64,000 bases of DNA. Origin: Waddliaceae bacterium (GTDB lineage: Bacteria > Chlamydiota > Chlamydiia > Chlamydiales > Waddliaceae). The stretch covers positions 1 through 64,000 of the forward strand of contig CAVRUH010000011.1 in assembly GCA_963724325.1 (NCBI GenBank), read 5' to 3'. Under the pieces are notes generated by a model. It saw only the letters and a program-made list of their open reading frames with translations, was not told the origin of the DNA and searched no databases. This document shows, one piece after another, positions 57,041-64,000 of the stretch; positions within the stretch are counted from its first letter, which is position 1, and the number at the start of each line of letters is the position of its first letter. The position numbers and the translations under genes were made by a program.

Positions 57041-57482
57041 TTAAATTATACCTCAATTCTTCTTATCCTCCATATCCTGCCGCCTGCGATCATGCATATC
57101 CTGTTATTTTTTCCATACGAAAATAACAGGATATGCATGATCGCAGGCGGCAGGATATGGAGGATAAGAAAAAAATGTCTGTAATTGTTCTGCGTTCTTT
57201 CCCCACCATTCCCTCGAATTCATCAAATCTAACAACTTATATATAAATTAGTTAAATTATACCTCAATTCTTCTTATCCTCCATATCCCATATGCATCAA
57301 CCTAAAATATCTTTTACCACAGAGAACACGAGAGAACACAAGAGAGATCATTGAGTGTAAAATAGTTCTCTCTGCTATCTCTGTTTTCTCTGTGAACTCG
57401 GTGTTAGAAATTTTTTTTAAGTTGATGTGTATGAGATATGGAGGATAAGAAAAAAATGTCTGTAATTGTTCTGCGTTCTTTT
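56990..57482 (+). repeat. Two-unit tandem duplication of the nadD 3' end and hairpin flanks with different cores (a perfect 51-bp-stem family C hairpin at 57060-57170; a family D cassette at 57289-57433)
   Basis: Units 56990-57200 and 57201-57482 share TAAATTAGTTAAATTATACCTCAATTCTTCTTATCCTCCATATCC and GATATGGAGGATAAGAAAAAAATGTCTGTAATTGTTCTGCGTTCTTT. Confidence 0.92.
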
Positions 57483-57527
57483 CTGCTAGACGACATATGG
57501 GGCTATAGGGTATAATTCCTAGTAATT

Positions 57528-57890
57528 ATGAACGAACCTATAATTAAAATGCTACAAACTATTGCCCAAACCCTTTATGACAAGAAAGGGGAAAATATTC
57601 TCGCGATTGACGTCCGAGGTATCTCCACACTAACCGACTTCTTCATCATTGCAGAAGGCGCGGTTGACCGCCATTTACAAGCCCTCGCTAGGGACATTGT
57701 TGATATCATGAAAGAGCAAGGATATGATGTCCTGCACGTCGAAGGTGAAAAGAGCGGCGATTGGATCGCAATCGACTGCGGAGAATTCATGATCCACCTC
57801 CTAACCCCCGAAATGCGCGAAAGATACTCTATCGAAGAAATCTGGCATAAAGGAAAATTAGTTGAACTTAACATAAAAAAACCAAAATGA
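57528..57890 (+). CDS. rsfS: Ribosome silencing factor
   Basis: DKKGENI..DV, TDFFIIA, WIAIDCG, RERYSIEEIW. Confidence 0.95.
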   Translation: MNEPIIKMLQTIAQTLYDKKGENILAIDVRGISTLTDFFIIAEGAVDRHLQALARDIVDIMKEQGYDVLHVEGEKSGDWIAIDCGEFMIHLLTPEMRERYSIEEIWHKGKLVELNIKKPK

Positions 57891-59122
57891 GCAAAAAAAG
57901 AATCGTTATTACAGGAATGGGCGTTGTATCGTGCTTCGGCAACGATGTGAAACACTTCTACCAGTCCCTCCTAGATGGAAAAAGCGGTGTTAAAAACATC
58001 CAACACTTTCCCTGTGATGACTTTCCTACCCGTTTTGCCGCCTCCATTCCCGAAATTGACACCGAAGGCTACCTCGACAAAAAACAAGCCCGCCGCGTCG
58101 ATAAATTCATATCGTTTTCCATCGTAGCAGGCAAAAAAGCCCTCGAAATGGCCGCCGTCAACATGGAATCACTCAATAAAGAACGTTGCGGCATCATCAT
58201 CGGCTCTGGAATGGGCGGTATGGACGTCTTCTCCGAAGGGGTAAAAAATCTCAACGAACACGGCGTCCGTCGCGTTACCCCATTCTTTGTCCCTTACATC
58301 CTTACCAACATGGGCGGCGCCATTCTCGCCATGGAATTGGGCTTCATGGGACCCAATTATTCAATCTCCACTGCCTGCGCCACAGCAAATAATTCCATCA
58401 TCGCAGCGGCTAACCACATCCGAAATGGTGATGCCGACCTCATGATCTGCGGCGGCGCCGAAGCTGCAATCATCCCTATGGGAATCGCAGGTTTCTGTGC
58501 CTGTAAAGCACTTTCACAACGGAATGATGAACCTCAAAAAGCTTCCAGACCCTGGGACAAAGGTCGCGACGGATTTGTCATGGGCGAAGGTGCCGGCATC
58601 CTCGTTCTTGAATCTCTCGAACATGCACAAGCCAGAGGTGCCAATATCCTCGCTGAATACTATGGCGGAGGCATTTCCTGCGATGCGTACCATATGACAG
58701 AGCCTCGTGCCGATGGAATGGGTGTTGCCCTTTGCCTGCGAAATGCTCTTCGCGATGCAGCAATAAACCCAAATGAAGTTAATTACATCAATGCCCACGC
58801 CACATCAACTCCTGTTGGAGACATGGCAGAAATTAACGCCCTCAAGCAAGTCTTCTCAGAACCAGCAAAGATCCTCATTAATTCTACAAAATCCATGACT
58901 GGTCACTGCCTGGGTGCAGCTGCTGGCATTGAAGCAATAGCTACTACCCAAACCATAATTAACGGAATCGTCCATCCAACGATAAATCTCGAAAATCCCG
59001 AAGAAGATTTGGCCTTTAATGCACCTACTTCTGCTACTCAATGCGACGTTAAAGTGGCTATTTCAAATTCCTTTGGATTTGGCGGACATAATTCTGCTAT
59101 AGTCCTTGGAAAAGTGAGATAA
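57887..59122 (+). CDS. fabF: 3-oxoacyl-ACP synthase II
   Basis: STACAT, YINAHATST, KSMTGHCLGAA, SNSFGFGGHN. Confidence 0.97.
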   Translation: MSKKRIVITGMGVVSCFGNDVKHFYQSLLDGKSGVKNIQHFPCDDFPTRFAASIPEIDTEGYLDKKQARRVDKFISFSIVAGKKALEMAAVNMESLNKERCGIIIGSGMGGMDVFSEGVKNLNEHGVRRVTPFFVPYILTNMGGAILAMELGFMGPNYSISTACATANNSIIAAANHIRNGDADLMICGGAEAAIIPMGIAGFCACKALSQRNDEPQKASRPWDKGRDGFVMGEGAGILVLESLEHAQARGANILAEYYGGGISCDAYHMTEPRADGMGVALCLRNALRDAAINPNEVNYINAHATSTPVGDMAEINALKQVFSEPAKILINSTKSMTGHCLGAAAGIEAIATTQTIINGIVHPTINLENPEEDLAFNAPTSATQCDVKVAISNSFGFGGHNSAIVLGKVR

Positions 59123-59123
59123 T

Positions 59124-59534
59124 ATGGTTAAAGAACAATCCTATGGAATCATCCCGATGCGCAAGTCTGATGCTGGTTGGGAAGTTCTCGTCGTTAAGCA
59201 TCGTTCCGGACACTGGTCATTCCCTAAAGGACACCCTGAAACAATCGAAACACCTTTGGAAACCGCCTCCCGCGAATTAAAAGAAGAAACATCCTTAGAT
59301 GTCATCAAAGTCCTCTCAGAAGATCTCCTGGAAGAGAAATACGTTTATCGATTTAAAGGCGAACTACGTGATAAAACAGTCACTTATTTCATCGCTGAAG
59401 TTAATGGCCAGCTTAAAATTGACACCCATGAGCTCGATGAAGCCAGATGGGCCCCAGTTAATCAAGCCGCCAACCTTGTTACTTTCTCCCAGGCAAGAGC
59501 CATCTGCCACAACATCCAAAATAGATTTGCTTAA
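59124..59534 (+). CDS. Nudix hydrolase (Ap4A hydrolase-like)
   Basis: HWSFPKGH...ETASRELKEET Nudix box. Confidence 0.92.
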   Translation: MVKEQSYGIIPMRKSDAGWEVLVVKHRSGHWSFPKGHPETIETPLETASRELKEETSLDVIKVLSEDLLEEKYVYRFKGELRDKTVTYFIAEVNGQLKIDTHELDEARWAPVNQAANLVTFSQARAICHNIQNRFA

Positions 59535-59882
59535 TCAGTTTTTACAAAACTTCAGAAACTTTTCTAAGATGACCCCTTTATCACCCACTTCCATAGCTGT
59601 CATTAGTTCTAAAGCTTCGCGTGAGAAGGATTTTCTTGCCTCAAATAGTCTTTTTTCAATAAAGGCAAAGGCTTTGGCTTTGCTAGGGGAAATAATGACA
59701 GCTTCAGGGGATAAAAGCATTTTTTTAGCTAATTTAAGGGCGCTTGGACGGTAATTTCCTTGCTGAATTAATTCATCAATCAGAACGAAATGTCCTGAGT
59801 TATCTGCAAGATATTCTTTAATATAGTCATCGCATTCAAAAAAGTTGCGCATTTTTGTCGCTGGCATCACTTCTAGGACCAT
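59535..59882 (-). CDS. Small hypothetical protein
   Basis: 115-aa ORF with GGAG RBS; fills the gap between Nudix and aas. Confidence 0.55.
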   Translation of the reverse strand: MVLEVMPATKMRNFFECDDYIKEYLADNSGHFVLIDELIQQGNYRPSALKLAKKMLLSPEAVIISPSKAKAFAFIEKRLFEARKSFSREALELMTAMEVGDKGVILEKFLKFCKN

Positions 59883-60018
59883 AATTTTTCTCCAAGTTAA
59901 AATTAAAACTAATATGAGACTATAATTTTTTTGAAATTTAATGTAAATATTTTTTTTTGGGGTTGAAAAATTTGACGAATTCTAGGAGAATAGAATCAAA
60001 TTTAATGGAGAGACACAC

Positions 60019-62739
60019 ATGAATACATTTGGTGAATATTGCATTATTCTATTTCTACGCCTAGCATTTTGGTTCAGATATCGAATAACTGTTAAGGGAT
60101 TGGAAAAGTTGACTCCAGATGCTTTAAATAGACCCGGTGGTGTTTTATTTCTGCCTAACCATCCAGCATCTCTTGTAGACCCTGCATTGGTCGTGATGTC
60201 TGTTTGGCCCAAATTCAGACTTCGCCCAATGATTATCGAATACATGTACTTTCTTCCGATTGTTCATGGTGTTATGAAATTTATTAGAGCTCTCCCAGTT
60301 CCCGATTTCGAAACATCTAGCAATAGCATCAAAAGAAAGAGAGGGGAAAGAGCCATTAAAGAAATGGCAAAGGGACTAGCCCATGGCGACCACTTCCTCA
60401 TCTATCCCGCCGGTAGATTGAAACATACAGGGATCGAAGACCTCGGAGGCGCATCCGCAGTTCACCAACTAATCAACGATTGCCCTACAACTAACGTCGT
60501 TCTTGTCAGAACAAAAGGACTATGGGGAAGCAGCTTCTCACGCGCTCAAACAGGACAGTCTCCACCACTTTTCCCCACAATATGGCATGGAGTAAAAGTA
60601 GTGCTTAAAAACCTTCTCTTTTTTACACCACGCAGAAATATTATTGTAGAATTTGAGCCTGCACCAGCAGATTTCCCCTATGCTGCATCAAAAATCGAGA
60701 TGAATCGTTGGCTGGAAAAATGGTACAACAAGCCAGACGGACTCACCAAACAGACAGGGGAACTTCCCGGTGACTCCCTCATGCTTATTCCATACAGCAT
60801 ATGGAGTAAAGCACTACCCCAAATTTATAAACCACCCGAAAAAAAGGAAGAAGTCATAGAATTTTCAGTGGTTGAACCTGAGATTCAACGAAAAATATAT
60901 GAAAAAATTTCAGAATTAACCGAAATTCCTGTAGCGAAAATCCATCACGAAATGAGCCTTCCAGTAGATCTTGGACTTGACTCATTAGATATCGCTGAAC
61001 TGGCCTCGTTCTTGAACGATAAGTTCGATGTAGGCACCGTCCCCGTAACAGAATTGACTACCGTAGCTCGCGTGCTAGGTATTGCCTCGAAGCAAGTTCA
61101 AATCGAACAAAAATTAGAAGAAGAGCAGACCGATCTTTCTAAGTGGGCCTTCCACGGAAAACGAGCCGTGGCAACGATCGCTGAGGGGGAAACCATACCT
61201 GAAGTCTTCCTAAATAATTGTGCACGCATGGGCAAAGCCCCTGCCTGTGCCGATCTGCGCTCCGGTGTGGTTACCTACGCTAGACTAAAGTTAGGTGTAA
61301 TAATACTAGCAGAATTTATCCGCAAACAACCCGGAAAGTATATCGGCATACTCTTGCCTGCAAGCGTTGGATCCATCATGTGCGTCTTAGCCACGCTTTT
61401 GGCTGGAAAAATTCCTTGCATGATCAACTGGACCCAAGGAAAAAGACACCTCGAGTCAGTAGTTGAAATTTCTAAAGTTGAAATTGTCCTAACTTCTTGG
61501 GCTTTTCTAGAACGACTCGATAATGTCGATCTCGATGGCATGGATGAAAAGCTTGTCATGGTTGAAACAGTTCGTCGGGAATTTGGCCTCTTCTCAAAAT
61601 TAAACGCCCTTTTTAGATCAAAGCTATCCACAAAGACTATCCTCAAAATCTTCGGTGCAGATAAATTAACAAAAGAAGATGCAGCGGTTCTCCTCTTCAC
61701 CAGCGGAACGGAAAGCATGCCAAAGGGCGTTCCGCTCAGTCATAACAATATTCTGAGCAACCAAAGAGCTACTCTTAAAGCTATCGATATCTATAACGAT
61801 GACGTACTCCAATGCATGCTCCCAACATTCCACTCATTTGGATTCACTACAACGGGATTACTTACTGTTTTAGGAGGAATCCGAGCAGCTTTTACGCCAA
61901 ATCCAACCGATGGAAGAGCCCTAGCAAGAAACTTCGAACAATGGAAGGCCACCATCACCTGCGGTGCCCCGAGTTTTATCAAAGCACTATTAGCTGCTGC
62001 TAAACCTGAACAGCTCAAAACAATGCGCATATGTGTAACTGGAGCTGAAAGAGCACCACCAGAACTGTTTCAAATGATTTCCAAATTTGGAAAAGAACAA
62101 TGCGTCATTGAAGGTTATGGCATCACAGAATGTTCGCCAGTGCTGACAGCCAACCGGCTTGGAGAGCCAAGAAAGGGAGTAGGAAAACCTATAGAAGGGG
62201 TCGAACTTCTCATTGTCAATCCCGATACCCTCGAACCAGTCCTTTTAGGTGTACAGGGACTAATTTTAGCTCGTAGCCCAGGAGTATTCTCAGGTTATCT
62301 GAACCCAGGCCTTTCTTCTCCTTTTGTGAAGGTTGTAGGTAAAGATTGGTTTAACACGGGTGACTTAGGATCACTTGACAACGTTGGAAGGCTCACTATT
62401 TCTGGTCGAAAGAAGCGATTTATTAAAGTCGGCGGCGAAATGGTAAGTCTACCGGGTATTGAGGAGGCGCTTCTGCATGGCGCTACCCTCCGAGGATGGA
62501 CAAAAGGACACGAGGGTGTACCTCTTGCTATCCTGGGCAAGGAAGAGAACGCTACTAAATCTAAAATCATCCTGATTTCTACTTTTAAAGCTAGTCTTGA
62601 CGATGTTAACCAAATTTTACGCGATGCAGGCTTCAGCAATATAGTTAGAATATCAGAGATCATTCAAATTGAGGAAATACCTCTTATGGGGACAGGCAAA
62701 ATCAACCATCGCGCTCTAGAACAAGAATACTTAAAGTGA
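60019..62739 (+). CDS. aas: Aas-like acyltransferase / carrier-domain / acyl-AMP ligase fusion
   Basis: PNHPASLVD and IYPAGR (PlsC type), DLGLDSLDIAEL (phosphopantetheine site), FTSGTESMPKG, GYGITECSP, TGDLG. Confidence 0.9.
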   Translation: MNTFGEYCIILFLRLAFWFRYRITVKGLEKLTPDALNRPGGVLFLPNHPASLVDPALVVMSVWPKFRLRPMIIEYMYFLPIVHGVMKFIRALPVPDFETSSNSIKRKRGERAIKEMAKGLAHGDHFLIYPAGRLKHTGIEDLGGASAVHQLINDCPTTNVVLVRTKGLWGSSFSRAQTGQSPPLFPTIWHGVKVVLKNLLFFTPRRNIIVEFEPAPADFPYAASKIEMNRWLEKWYNKPDGLTKQTGELPGDSLMLIPYSIWSKALPQIYKPPEKKEEVIEFSVVEPEIQRKIYEKISELTEIPVAKIHHEMSLPVDLGLDSLDIAELASFLNDKFDVGTVPVTELTTVARVLGIASKQVQIEQKLEEEQTDLSKWAFHGKRAVATIAEGETIPEVFLNNCARMGKAPACADLRSGVVTYARLKLGVIILAEFIRKQPGKYIGILLPASVGSIMCVLATLLAGKIPCMINWTQGKRHLESVVEISKVEIVLTSWAFLERLDNVDLDGMDEKLVMVETVRREFGLFSKLNALFRSKLSTKTILKIFGADKLTKEDAAVLLFTSGTESMPKGVPLSHNNILSNQRATLKAIDIYNDDVLQCMLPTFHSFGFTTTGLLTVLGGIRAAFTPNPTDGRALARNFEQWKATITCGAPSFIKALLAAAKPEQLKTMRICVTGAERAPPELFQMISKFGKEQCVIEGYGITECSPVLTANRLGEPRKGVGKPIEGVELLIVNPDTLEPVLLGVQGLILARSPGVFSGYLNPGLSSPFVKVVGKDWFNTGDLGSLDNVGRLTISGRKKRFIKVGGEMVSLPGIEEALLHGATLRGWTKGHEGVPLAILGKEENATKSKIILISTFKASLDDVNQILRDAGFSNIVRISEIIQIEEIPLMGTGKINHRALEQEYLK

Positions 62740-62745
62740 ATACAC

Positions 62746-64000
62746 ATGCAAAATAAACTTAAATTTTTTAATACTGCCAGCAGAAATAAAGAGGTCTTTG
62801 AACCCCATCATGACCGCCAAGTTGCCATGTATACTTGCGGTCCAACCGTATACGATTTCGCACATATCGGCAACTTCCGCACCTATATTTTCGAAGATCT
62901 CTTACGACGCACTCTCAAATTTTTTGGATATAATGTCAAACAAGTGATGAACTTAACCGACGTCGACGACAAAACAATCCGAGGAGCCCTTAAAAATAAG
63001 GTCTCCCTAGAAGAATTCACAAAGACCTACAAGATTGCCTTCTTTGAGGATATTAAAACTTTAAATATCGAACCAGTCGAATTTTATCCAGCAGCGACAG
63101 ACTTTATTCCAGATATGATAGAAATGATTCAGATACTCTTAAAGAATGGCATCGCCTATAAAGGCGGTGATGGTAGTATTTATTATTCTATACACAAATT
63201 TCCAAAATATGGATGCCTCTCTCATCTAAACCTTGACGAACTAGAGGCTGGCGCATCCGAACGAGTTGCCACTGACGAATATGAAAAAGAGAGTGTTTCC
63301 GATTTCGTACTTTGGAAATTACACGACCCAGAACGCGACGGAAATATTTTTTGGCAAAGTCCGTTTGGACCAGGCCGACCTGGTTGGCATTTAGAATGCT
63401 CTGCAATGGCAATGAAAATTCTGGGTGAAGAAATAGATATCCACTGCGGAGGCGTCGACAATATTTTTCCTCATCATGAGAATGAAATTGCACAATCTGA
63501 AGGTTGCACTGGAAAGCAATTTGTTAAGTTTTGGCTGCACTCAGAGCACCTTTTGGTCAATAATAAAAAGATGTCTAAGAGTCTCGGCAATTTCTATACC
63601 TTGCGCGATTTATTGAATAAAGGTTATTCACCAGCTCAAATCCGCTACATGCTGCTTCAGACGCATTATAAGACACAGCTCAATTTCACTTTTGAAGGAC
63701 TTGATGCGGCGAAAAATGCCTTAGAAAGAGTAAATGATTTCATCCTGCGTCTCTCAGAAGTAAAAAATGCAAAATCACAAGGAGTATTGCTTTCTATTTT
63801 AGAAAAGGCCCATGTGGATTTCGCCAATGCTCTCGCAGATGACCTAAATATATCAGCAGCATTAGCGGTCGTTTTCGAGCTAATTCGTGAGGTTTATAGT
63901 CTGATGGATCTTGAAAAGATTAGTCAAGATGAAGCGCAAAATACTATTGAGTTGCTCAAGAATTTCAATTCAGTTTTGGGCGTACTTTCTTTTGAAAAGG
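62746..64000 (+). CDS. cysS: Cysteine--tRNA ligase (runs off the window end)
   Basis: MYTCGPTVYDFAHIGNFR, GRPGWHLECSAM, DNIFPHHENE, KMSKSLGN read directly from the DNA. Confidence 0.96.
   Translation, partial: MQNKLKFFNTASRNKEVFEPHHDRQVAMYTCGPTVYDFAHIGNFRTYIFEDLLRRTLKFFGYNVKQVMNLTDVDDKTIRGALKNKVSLEEFTKTYKIAFFEDIKTLNIEPVEFYPAATDFIPDMIEMIQILLKNGIAYKGGDGSIYYSIHKFPKYGCLSHLNLDELEAGASERVATDEYEKESVSDFVLWKLHDPERDGNIFWQSPFGPGRPGWHLECSAMAMKILGEEIDIHCGGVDNIFPHHENEIAQSEGCTGKQFVKFWLHSEHLLVNNKKMSKSLGNFYTLRDLLNKGYSPAQIRYMLLQTHYKTQLNFTFEGLDAAKNALERVNDFILRLSEVKNAKSQGVLLSILEKAHVDFANALADDLNISAALAVVFELIREVYSLMDLEKISQDEAQNTIELLKNFNSVLGVLSFEK

Overview
This window looks like chromosomal DNA from an environmental chlamydia (Parachlamydiales-like). 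The inference rests on the Chlamydia-type gene order groEL paralogue ... murF-mraY-murD-LysM-ftsW-murG-murC/ddl fusion-ftsQ ... rsbV-miaA-coiled-coil-rsfS-fabF-Nudix-aas-cysS. The first ~30 kb is mostly accessory and effector-like. It holds a ~3,246-codon peptidase/DUF3638-like giant gene split by an IS1634-family element with a 178-bp target duplication, two genes that share a ~100-aa N-terminal leader but carry unrelated C-termini, and F-box-like and ankyrin proteins. The intergenic DNA carries at least five families of nested palindromic (REP/MITE-like) elements. One family forms a 5-unit tandem array that includes the last codons of groEL; a sixth unit 4.3 kb away brackets an ankyrin+GNAT gene pair. 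A similar duplication of a gene 3' end with a swapped hairpin core follows nadD. Frameshifts in smc, rsmI and the gene at 4673 are probably sequencing or assembly errors. All protein calls come from motif recognition by eye; no database searches were run.
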